Below are positions 1 through 7,991 of a DNA stretch of 32,000 bases, piece by piece. The notes beneath the pieces are model-generated. The model made no database searches, had not been told where the DNA came from, and saw nothing but the letters and a program-made list of their open reading frames with translations. Source of the stretch: Candidatus Harpocratesius repetitus (GTDB taxonomy: Archaea > Asgardarchaeota > Lokiarchaeia > Sigyniarchaeales > Promethearchaeaceae); contig JAIZWK010000001.1 in NCBI GenBank assembly GCA_021498095.1, positions 810,001 to 842,000 on the forward strand, given 5' to 3'. The translations under genes and the position numbers were made by a program. Each line of letters starts with the position of its first letter. Position 1 is the stretch's first letter.

Positions 1-305
1 TTGAAGCACCTCAAATAATTCGAGTGAATCAACAGGGAATGAATGTATATCAAGTAATTGGTAATGCAGAGTCATATCCTTCTGGAACTTATTCAGGACA
101 AGCTTCTGAAGTATCAGAGAGCGTTGAAGAAGTGAAAGATATTGAAGACACAAATGCTGATTTATCTCTTAATGTGGAAATTACTGAACAAGATATTCAA
201 TTAGTCGTCATGCAAACTAATGTTTCTCCTGAAATCGCTAAGCAAACTCTTCAAGAAACTAATGGGGATCTTGCTAAAGCGATTATTAAATTAAAAACGC
301 AATAA
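1..305 (+). CDS. nac: Archaeal nascent polypeptide-associated complex (NAC) protein, 5'-truncated by the window edge
   Basis: Frame is open from position 3 (EAPQIIRVNQQGMNVYQVIG, end of the NAC domain). An acidic linker follows, then a UBA-like C-terminus (EQDIQLVVMQTNVSPEIAKQTLQETNGDLAKAIIKL). Confidence 0.9.
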   Translation, partial: EAPQIIRVNQQGMNVYQVIGNAESYPSGTYSGQASEVSESVEEVKDIEDTNADLSLNVEITEQDIQLVVMQTNVSPEIAKQTLQETNGDLAKAIIKLKTQ

Positions 306-374
306 TTCGCTAAAATTTAATGTCTGTTCCAAAATTTTTTTTAATTTTATCGAAATTAGCTTCTTTGATTATAT

Positions 375-686
375 ATGTCTGCTATTGCCTCAAAAAAAAC
401 GGAAAAACTGGATGGACCAGAAAAAATATTGTTTTATATGAGCTTTGTATTTCTGGGCACTATAGTAGTTATACTCATTCTGGTGGCGTTATTTTCCTGG
501 GATCTCTTTTCAACTAATGTTTTAGCACCAATTATTTACTTTCTTATATTAACTGGCTTAGTTCTCAGTTTTGGAACCTTGTTGAAAGAAGTTCCAAATT
601 CGAAAAAATTGATTTTAAATTGGTTTTATGGATTTATTAGTCTTAGCTTTATTATTGGGATTGTATTAGGTGTTTTTATGTGGTAA
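375..686 (+). CDS. Small membrane protein, about 3 TM helices, function unknown
   Basis: 103 aa ORF with three hydrophobic stretches separated by charged loops; co-directional with nac. Confidence 0.7.
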   Translation: MSAIASKKTEKLDGPEKILFYMSFVFLGTIVVILILVALFSWDLFSTNVLAPIIYFLILTGLVLSFGTLLKEVPNSKKLILNWFYGFISLSFIIGIVLGVFMW

Positions 687-707
687 TTTTTCCATTGCCA
701 TTATTTC

Positions 708-1028
708 TTATTTTTTTCCTATCATTTTATTAAGTTCAACTATTTTTTGGTCAATAATAGATGAGAATTCTCGATTATTTGAATCTTCCACAAATCTAAA
801 TGCTTGTAAGTATTCTTCTAAAGCTTTTTGATGAAATCCTAAATGTTCTAGTAAATTTGCTTTTTCTGCCATAGATTTTGCAATTCCAAATCGATTGGAC
901 AGCTGAAGCTTTAATTTAATAATTTGATTGTAAATTTCTAAAGCTAAAGGGTAATTTTCATTTTTTTTAGCGATTTCTAAATTTTGAGCAAGTTTGTACA
1001 ACTCAATGATATCTTTCATTTCTTTCAT
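708..1028 (-). CDS. Short TPR-like helical repeat protein
   Basis: TPR-like patterns (NYPLALEIYNQII; GIAKSMAEKANLLEHLGFHQKALEEYLQA). Confidence 0.7.
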   Translation of the reverse strand: MKEMKDIIELYKLAQNLEIAKKNENYPLALEIYNQIIKLKLQLSNRFGIAKSMAEKANLLEHLGFHQKALEEYLQAFRFVEDSNNREFSSIIDQKIVELNKMIGKK

Positions 1029-1149
1029 ATTTTGACAAATTGGAACTAAACTTTTGAAATCACTTACTATTCAGATCATATCACTATATTCTTTATTCAT
1101 TCTTATGCATTGGAAAAGCATTTATGATTTTAAACGATTAATTATTTAT

Positions 1150-1905
1150 ATGAATCAACTTGCAGAAATATCTCCTAGTGCCAATAAATATCGCATTGTA
1201 TGCAAAGTAGCTAATCCAATTAACAAGTTGATATGCTTTTATTCATTTGACAAAGGAAATTCTTGGGTATCTCAAGTCATGATCCCCACTAATGAGTTTG
1301 AATATTTAATGTATATTTCTGATATTCCCTCCTTCTCTTCTATTTATCTCTTTTTTCAAATTGAAACTTTGGATTCAAATATCATTATTGATAGTAATAA
1401 TGGTATTTTTTATCAACTTTTATCCCAAGATGATGATTTCACTCCTTCAATTCAAACAGATTCAAATAACATTTCTGAATTTCAAGATTTAAACGATGAT
1501 TATGGATCAATAGAAGACAATAAGCCAGATCTTGAAAACTTACATGAAAGTCTTCCTTCTTACAATGCACCTTCTCCTATTTCTTCTTCATTTTTGTCAT
1601 CTCCGTCCATAGTTCAATCCGAATTTCCTGAAAATTTACAACCTTCCAAAGAATCTTCTTCTTCCAGTTTAGCTATTCGTTCTTACAACCCTTTTAATTC
1701 TTCTTCATTAAGTAAACCTCTTCCCTCCCAAAAAATCATCAAATTTAGGCAATCTCACATTAGCGATATTTCTATTACTTCCAAATCGAAGTCAAAATCA
1801 CGTGATATGAAAAGTAAGATTGAATTTTTCACTTGTCAAAAGTGCAACGGACGATTTCCTGAACCCCTTTCTATTTGTCCATACTGCGGATCCCAGAATA
1901 ATTAA
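1150..1905 (+). CDS. Protein with a beta-sandwich (Ig/CBM-like) N-domain, Ser/Pro-rich linker and C-terminal C4 zinc ribbon
   Basis: ATG at 1150 preferred over TTG at 1054. Beta-rich N-domain ends in IIDSNNGIFY, reminiscent of the WDNNxGxNY motif of starch-binding CBM folds (weak). Low-complexity linker, then CQKC-x10-CPYC. Confidence 0.7.
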   Translation: MNQLAEISPSANKYRIVCKVANPINKLICFYSFDKGNSWVSQVMIPTNEFEYLMYISDIPSFSSIYLFFQIETLDSNIIIDSNNGIFYQLLSQDDDFTPSIQTDSNNISEFQDLNDDYGSIEDNKPDLENLHESLPSYNAPSPISSSFLSSPSIVQSEFPENLQPSKESSSSSLAIRSYNPFNSSSLSKPLPSQKIIKFRQSHISDISITSKSKSKSRDMKSKIEFFTCQKCNGRFPEPLSICPYCGSQNN

Positions 1906-2056
1906 TATATCAGAATTACAAAAAAAAATTAATAAATTTGCATATTTCCCATTTATATTCTTCTAACATTTTCATCAAAATCAGACTAAAAAAGTTGGAT
2001 TATTAGGCAAGAATTTCTTTATGTTACTTAATATATATATTAAAAAAGTTATCCTT

Positions 2057-3838
2057 ATGGGCGTGAATCTCTTGACTGATCAATATGATTTTCTCTTTAA
2101 ATGTGTAGTACTTGGTGATGGTGGCTGTGGAAAGACTGCCATTGTTGTTCGTTTCTCTCAAGGCTTCTTTAAAGAGAACTATAAGATGACCATAGGTGTC
2201 GAGTTCGCAGTCAAGAGTATAGAAGTAAAAAACGCTCAAAATTATACATATAATGTTAAATTGCAGATTTGGGATACAGGAGGACAAGATCGTTTTCAAT
2301 ATGTTCGACCACTTTATTATAAAGGGGCAATGGGGTGTATTATCCTTTTTGATATAACAAATCGAGAAAGCTTTGATCATATTCCCCGGTGGATTGAAGA
2401 AATTCGCAAAGAAGCGGGTGAAATTCCTACATTACTTGTTGGTAATAAAAGTGATTTGCAAGATCAACGTGTTGTGTCTCGGAAAGAAGCTGAAAAATTG
2501 GCTAAAAAACTAGGATTTTTATATGCAGAATCTAGTGCAAAAAATGGCGTGGGAGTGGGAGATATTTTTAAGATCTTGGCTTTAATGATGATAGGTGAAG
2601 AAGTCCCTAAAGAATTGATTGAAGATAACTTAGCACAACAGTTGCAAACCTCAAAAACACCTTTTTCAGAAAGTAAGACACAACCATCACCATTCGGTAT
2701 AACTTCAAAACCATTCAATATTGGAGAAACTGAGCATTCTGAAGCTGATCAAAGAATGGTAAGTAAACCGAAACCCGCACAATTATATAATAAAAATAGC
2801 AGTGGAGTCTCACCTAAATCGGGTTTTGAACCTATCAAAGTAAAACCCTCACTGAATTTTTCTTCAAACTCATTGAAAGTAAATCCTTTTAAATCATCAG
2901 ATCAAAACACTTCATCAACAAAGAAGCTTGATGATATAGTGAATGATAGTTCACTTGAAGCTGTTGAAAATCAAGGTATTTTTACTACAGGAACACGGAA
3001 AACATTTCCAAAACCACAACCAATGCCGTCTCAAACTATTGATTCAGAACTATTTATCCCCAAACCACCACCAAATCCACATATTCCAAAAGTTCAGAAA
3101 TCTTATAAATTGGAGGAGAAATCTGAACAACATGATGTTTACCAAGTTCCATCTGCAAATCAGGGAAATAAAACCCCTTTCTTAGAAAGCAGCAAGGAAA
3201 TGAAATCAACGAGTGGTTTTGATAACCCTTTTCTCGCAAAAAAAGAATCAGAATCAAATAAATCTATTATAGATTCCCAAGATCAAAACCCTTTTATTTC
3301 ATCATCAGTCAAAAAGGATGAAAATAAATTAAATTCTAAATTTAAAGATGAACAGAAAAAAGTTCCCTTCATATTTCCTACAAAATCAATTCCTTCATCA
3401 TCGCAAACAAAACCTATAACAAAATCCACATCAGAGAGATCTACTTTAGATTCACCAAGAAAATCAGCTAATTTACAACAATCTACACCATTTTCTTCAA
3501 AAATATCTTCTTCTCGAACATCTTCAACTTCTTCATTAGCACCTTTTATTCCCGGGCAAAACTCAAATGAGAAAAAATCTATAGAAAATAAACGTGAATT
3601 AATTGAAAAGAATTTAGAGTTGAAAATTCCTGCAAAAACGTTTACTGGGACGATCAATCCTTTTTTAACACCGAAATCTACAATGATACCACCTGTACCA
3701 AAAAAACCCTCACCAAATCCCTTTATTAAACAAAAAGAATCAATCAATCCAAAACAAATCGTATGTCCTAATTGTGGAAATGTATTGCCAAGAAAATTTA
3801 AGTATTGTAATAAATGTGGTGCTTTAATGAAATATTAG
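2057..3838 (+). CDS. Rab-like small GTPase with a ~390 aa low-complexity tail and C-terminal C4 zinc ribbon
   Basis: G1 GDGGCGKT, G3 WDTGGQ, G4 NKSD, G5 SAK. RabF-like motifs IGVEF, KLQIW, RFQYV, YYKGA, LFDIT. Ends CPNC-x10-CNKC with no prenylation motif. ATG at 2057 chosen. Confidence 0.93.
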   Translation: MGVNLLTDQYDFLFKCVVLGDGGCGKTAIVVRFSQGFFKENYKMTIGVEFAVKSIEVKNAQNYTYNVKLQIWDTGGQDRFQYVRPLYYKGAMGCIILFDITNRESFDHIPRWIEEIRKEAGEIPTLLVGNKSDLQDQRVVSRKEAEKLAKKLGFLYAESSAKNGVGVGDIFKILALMMIGEEVPKELIEDNLAQQLQTSKTPFSESKTQPSPFGITSKPFNIGETEHSEADQRMVSKPKPAQLYNKNSSGVSPKSGFEPIKVKPSLNFSSNSLKVNPFKSSDQNTSSTKKLDDIVNDSSLEAVENQGIFTTGTRKTFPKPQPMPSQTIDSELFIPKPPPNPHIPKVQKSYKLEEKSEQHDVYQVPSANQGNKTPFLESSKEMKSTSGFDNPFLAKKESESNKSIIDSQDQNPFISSSVKKDENKLNSKFKDEQKKVPFIFPTKSIPSSSQTKPITKSTSERSTLDSPRKSANLQQSTPFSSKISSSRTSSTSSLAPFIPGQNSNEKKSIENKRELIEKNLELKIPAKTFTGTINPFLTPKSTMIPPVPKKPSPNPFIKQKESINPKQIVCPNCGNVLPRKFKYCNKCGALMKY

Positions 3839-3872
3839 AGCATTTAAATCAGAGCTCATTAAAAATAATATT

Positions 3873-4229
3873 ATGCCTAAAGATAACAATACTTTACAAC
3901 ATTTACAACAACAAGTTGATCTTTTAATAAAAGATTTTGGTGGATATTGGCCTCCATTATCTATGTTAGCTTGTGTTATCGAAGAAGTTGGTGAAATAAG
4001 TCGTGAATTAAACGCTCTTGAAGGATTTAAGCCAAAAAAGCAAGATATTACTATTTCAATTCATGATAAGTTAGCTGAAGAATTAAGTGATACATTATTC
4101 AGTTTAATTTGTATTGCGAATTATTATCAAATCAATTTATCAAGATCCTTTCAACAAATTCTTAAAAAATATCAAGAAAGAGATCAAAAGCGTTTTTCTT
4201 CTGATTTCAAATCTTCTCCTTCATCTTGA
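3873..4229 (+). CDS. MazG-like nucleotide pyrophosphohydrolase (YpjD-like)
   Basis: EEVGE...EELSD acidic metal-binding motifs; N-terminal GGYWPPLSMLA typical of this family. Confidence 0.85.
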   Translation: MPKDNNTLQHLQQQVDLLIKDFGGYWPPLSMLACVIEEVGEISRELNALEGFKPKKQDITISIHDKLAEELSDTLFSLICIANYYQINLSRSFQQILKKYQERDQKRFSSDFKSSPSS

Positions 4230-4477
4230 TTCCATTCTTTGATAATTAGGTGGCTACTACTCTCAATGATTTCAGGAATTTGATCAATATCATTAAGAAA
4301 TCTTAAATGAAGGGTCTGTGTATTTTCAGCAGCGAGAATAAACATTAAATCATATTCACCTGTTATATATGAAATTTGACGAACTTCTGGGATTTTTCGA
4401 AGTTTTGCAATAACATCTAAGCTTTTTCCAACTTGAATTTTCAAAAAGGTCATAATTTTCACGTTCATTTTTGCCAT
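4184..4477 (-). CDS. Stand-alone Lrp/AsnC ligand-binding (RAM) domain protein
   Basis: IPEVRQISYITGEYDLMFIL signature; no HTH; 97 aa. Confidence 0.85.
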   Translation of the reverse strand: MAKMNVKIMTFLKIQVGKSLDVIAKLRKIPEVRQISYITGEYDLMFILAAENTQTLHLRFLNDIDQIPEIIESSSHLIIKEWNQDEGEDLKSEEKRF

Positions 4478-4707
4478 ACCTCTAGCACGTAATGTGAGTG
4501 TATTTCTTTTAAACCTGGAATTCGCTCAATTGATTCGAAGATCCTGACAAGTTCTTCTGAAATTTGTACTCCTATTTCAATAAGAATGTCAAAATAACCT
4601 GAAATTACTTGCATTTTTTGAATTTCAGGAATATCTTTTAAAGCAACTAGAAATTCTCTTTTTCGTTGATTTTCAATTTTTAGAAAGCTAACAACTTGGA
4701 TTTCCAT
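4465..4707 (-). CDS. Stand-alone Lrp/AsnC ligand-binding (RAM) domain protein
   Basis: IPEIQKMQVISGYFDILIEI signature; no HTH; 80 aa; overlaps the next gene by 13 bp. Confidence 0.85.
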   Translation of the reverse strand: MEIQVVSFLKIENQRKREFLVALKDIPEIQKMQVISGYFDILIEIGVQISEELVRIFESIERIPGLKEIHSHYVLEVWQK

Positions 4708-4719
4708 AATATTTTTCTC

Positions 4720-6150
4720 CTAAAGTGAATCATTAAAATTTTGCTCAAAATGCTCAGATTGTTTTTCCGAAAGTTTAGAAAATTCCATGCGTTCCTTTAT
4801 TGAGATGCCTTTATGTTGTTCTGGTATGGATCGATCGATATTTTGACTTTGATTCAAAACAAATAATAATTCATACCGTTTTAAACCGGGCAATTTAGAA
4901 ATTTGATTGTAAATAACTTTATTCAGTATTTTTGCAGTAGGAAATTGAAATTCTGCCATAAGATCAAATTCTCCTACAAGAGAACGAACTTCTTTAGCAG
5001 ATTTGATTAAATACAATTCCTTCATAGCCAAAAAATGGAATTGAGGTTCTATCTTTATAAACAAATAAGCATGAATCTGTGCTTGCGTTTCACTAACAAA
5101 TTTTGTGATAACTGAAATACTAAGTAAAAATATTATAATAAACAACCAAGATGTTGGAAAAGTTTCAGATAATACTGTTACGCCGAGAATAATATTAATA
5201 ATAGGTTCAAGTAATTGAAGAACTCCAACCCATAAATCAAATGGCGCGGATTTCGGCCAAGAAGTCGACAAGTAATAATATAATGTATAAGGAGCAATAG
5301 TTAATCCTAAAATTAAAATGAGTCCATTCAAAGAAAACATAATAGCTCCAATGTCAGGTAATTCCAAAAAGAATAGTGCAATTTCGTCTTGTAAGGATTG
5401 GTTCGGTATTGAAATTTTTGCAATAAATAGAAGTGGAATGAATGTAATCACACAAAGTATACTTAATATTGTCAGTTTAAGTAAAACTCGCAAAAATTTA
5501 TAATTAGAGTTTACTCGCATAATTGTAAATTCTGTATTTGATAATCGATCCATCCCACTTGAAATAACAAAAAAGGAGAGAACTATTCCATATCCAATCA
5601 CAAGAATCAATGATTGAATTGAAAATTTTGAATTTGATTCAATAGATTGCGAATTTAATCCTAATATAATTGAAGCTACAATTAAAGTGATTAAGTAAAT
5701 TAATTTAAAACCAGAAATTTCTTCTTTACCCATCCCCCATTTAATTCCTGCAATAATTATCAAACTTAAAATTACTCCAATTGCTGTTGTAATTGCTCCA
5801 ATTGTTTTTAGACAATAGAAAAAGAGAAGAGTCATAACATTCAATCCAAATATCGCAATAACTAACAGATAAAGCCACTGAGGAAATAAGAAAAAATCGG
5901 CATTTTTTTCTAATAAATAGCTCCAAAGTTGAGTAATTTTAATTTTTTCTTCTTTTGCCTTTTTAAAATATTCAAAAATCATAATTGCTAGAATAATTAG
6001 GAGTAAAACAACGGCCATAGCCAAAAATCGCGTAAAAATTATAGTAAACGATGAGAATTGCGAAAATAGCAGTTTAGCTGGCCAAGGAATCAAACCCCAA
6101 AGCAAGTTGCATAAGCTAAGAAGAAAAATTTTGCGGGTTAGCTCCTTCAT
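4720..6150 (-). CDS. DMT/EamA-family transporter fused to a C-terminal Lrp/AsnC ligand-binding domain
   Basis: EamA start LLWGLIPWPAK...IIFTRF, about 10 hydrophobic helices, second-repeat QLLEPII motif. C-terminal AYLFIKIE...EVRSLVGEFDLMAEF RAM domain. Confidence 0.8.
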   Translation of the reverse strand: MKELTRKIFLLSLCNLLWGLIPWPAKLLFSQFSSFTIIFTRFLAMAVVLLLIILAIMIFEYFKKAKEEKIKITQLWSYLLEKNADFFLFPQWLYLLVIAIFGLNVMTLLFFYCLKTIGAITTAIGVILSLIIIAGIKWGMGKEEISGFKLIYLITLIVASIILGLNSQSIESNSKFSIQSLILVIGYGIVLSFFVISSGMDRLSNTEFTIMRVNSNYKFLRVLLKLTILSILCVITFIPLLFIAKISIPNQSLQDEIALFFLELPDIGAIMFSLNGLILILGLTIAPYTLYYYLSTSWPKSAPFDLWVGVLQLLEPIINIILGVTVLSETFPTSWLFIIIFLLSISVITKFVSETQAQIHAYLFIKIEPQFHFLAMKELYLIKSAKEVRSLVGEFDLMAEFQFPTAKILNKVIYNQISKLPGLKRYELLFVLNQSQNIDRSIPEQHKGISIKERMEFSKLSEKQSEHFEQNFNDSL

Positions 6151-6400
6151 GAAACTCCTTTTGTATAACGAATCCTTATAAATAAGGTTATTGAAGTTAT
6201 TTGATTATGTAAATTGAAAATAATTCTAATTATTGAACAAAATTGATCTTTTTTTTTTAAATTGATCAAAGTGAAAGCAAAATTACCTTCTATTTTCCGA
6301 CTTCTATAAATCTTACACTAAATTTTGCCAAAAAATCCGTATGGCAAAAGCTTTAATTATTTAGTTGGTACTAATTTATCTGTTTATCGGCGAGAGTGGA

Positions 6401-7984
6401 ATGTCAAACAAAGAATCAGACTTTATTTTAGCTTTTGATCACGGGACTTCAGGTATGAAGACAGCTATAGTATCCACAAAAGGTGAGATATTAGGATTTG
6501 CTTTTCAAAATTATGACATGTATTATTTTGAACAAGGATGCGCTGAGCAAGATCCTGAAGATTGGTGGCAGGCACTGTTGAAAACTAGTCATCAAGTAAT
6601 TGATCAAACTCACATTGATCCAAAGAAAATAATTGCTATTACTTCAAGTAATCAAATGGATGGTACCATTCCAGTTGATCGTGATGGAAATCCATTACAC
6701 AACTGCATTACATGGCTTGATAGTCGAGGTTCAAGCGTAATTAAAGAAAAATTTGGTGGCATAATTGGTGGCTATAACCTCCGTACTATTTTCAATTGGT
6801 TATTCCGCACTGGAGGAGTTCCAGGACTTTCTGGTAAAGACATTATTGCCCATATTCTTTGGCTTAAAACAAACTTTTCAGATATCTATAATCAGACATG
6901 GAAATTTCTCGATTGCAAAGATTTTCTTAATTATCGTCTTACAGGCAAAATTGCCACTTCTTATGACTGTGGAATATTAACGTGGCTTGTAAACGATACT
7001 GATATCAATAATATTCATTTCGATGATAAATTAATCCGTTTGGCTCAGTTAGATCGAGAAAAACTACCAGATTTACACACAGCAACCCATATTCTTGGTC
7101 CTGTTCTCCCACAAATTGCTCAAGAATTGGGAATTCCTCGCAATACAAATGTGATAATTGGAGCAGGTGATATGGCTAGTGCTGCAGTCGGCTCAGGGGC
7201 AATATTACCTGGACAAGGGCATGTGAGCTTGGGAAGTTCATCTTGGATTATTTCTCACACTCCACGCCGGAAATTAGATATTGATCATTACATTGGATCA
7301 ATTCCTTCTGCAATCCCTTCAATGTATATGATCGTTGGGGAACAAGAAGCTGCAGGAATTACACTTGCATGGTTAAAAGACAATATTTTATATCATAAAG
7401 ATCAGCTCCTTCATGAAGAAGGCCAGCCAGATGTTTATAAGATTTTTGATAAACTTGTTAGTGAAATTCCACCCGGAGCAAACAATCTCATTTTCACTCC
7501 ATGGTTGTATGGAGAACGCAGTCCAATTGAAGATCATACATTACGTGGAGGATTATTCAATATCAGTTTGGATACCGATCGTCGTCATTTATTGCGGGCA
7601 ATTTTCGAAGGTGTGGCTTTTAATTCACGGTGGTTGCTCCAATTTGAAGAAAGATTGATTGGAAGGAAATTTTCAGAGATTTCTATGATTGGTGGTGGGG
7701 CCAGTAGTGATATCTGGTGTCAGATTTATGCAGACATTCTTAATCGGAAAATTAAGCAAGTTTCTCATGGTAAAGAATCAAATTCAATTGGAGCATCGCT
7801 TATTGCATCAGTAGCTTTGGGAAAAATTACATGGGAAGAAATTCCTAAATTAATTTCATTTAAAGCAGTATATACTCCAAAAATTGAAAATAAAAAACTT
7901 TATGATCGTTTATTTAGAGAATTTGTAAATATTTATTCCAATAACCGGAGAATGTATCAACGGTTAAATAAATTGAAGCGCTAG
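6401..7984 (+). CDS. FGGY-family carbohydrate kinase (xylulokinase-like; substrate uncertain)
   Basis: FDHGTSGMKT, EQDPEDWW, CITWLDSR, PWLYGERSP, AIFEGVAF and GGGASSDIWCQI motifs. Confidence 0.9.
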   Translation: MSNKESDFILAFDHGTSGMKTAIVSTKGEILGFAFQNYDMYYFEQGCAEQDPEDWWQALLKTSHQVIDQTHIDPKKIIAITSSNQMDGTIPVDRDGNPLHNCITWLDSRGSSVIKEKFGGIIGGYNLRTIFNWLFRTGGVPGLSGKDIIAHILWLKTNFSDIYNQTWKFLDCKDFLNYRLTGKIATSYDCGILTWLVNDTDINNIHFDDKLIRLAQLDREKLPDLHTATHILGPVLPQIAQELGIPRNTNVIIGAGDMASAAVGSGAILPGQGHVSLGSSSWIISHTPRRKLDIDHYIGSIPSAIPSMYMIVGEQEAAGITLAWLKDNILYHKDQLLHEEGQPDVYKIFDKLVSEIPPGANNLIFTPWLYGERSPIEDHTLRGGLFNISLDTDRRHLLRAIFEGVAFNSRWLLQFEERLIGRKFSEISMIGGGASSDIWCQIYADILNRKIKQVSHGKESNSIGASLIASVALGKITWEEIPKLISFKAVYTPKIENKKLYDRLFREFVNIYSNNRRMYQRLNKLKR

Positions 7985-7991
7985 ATCAACA

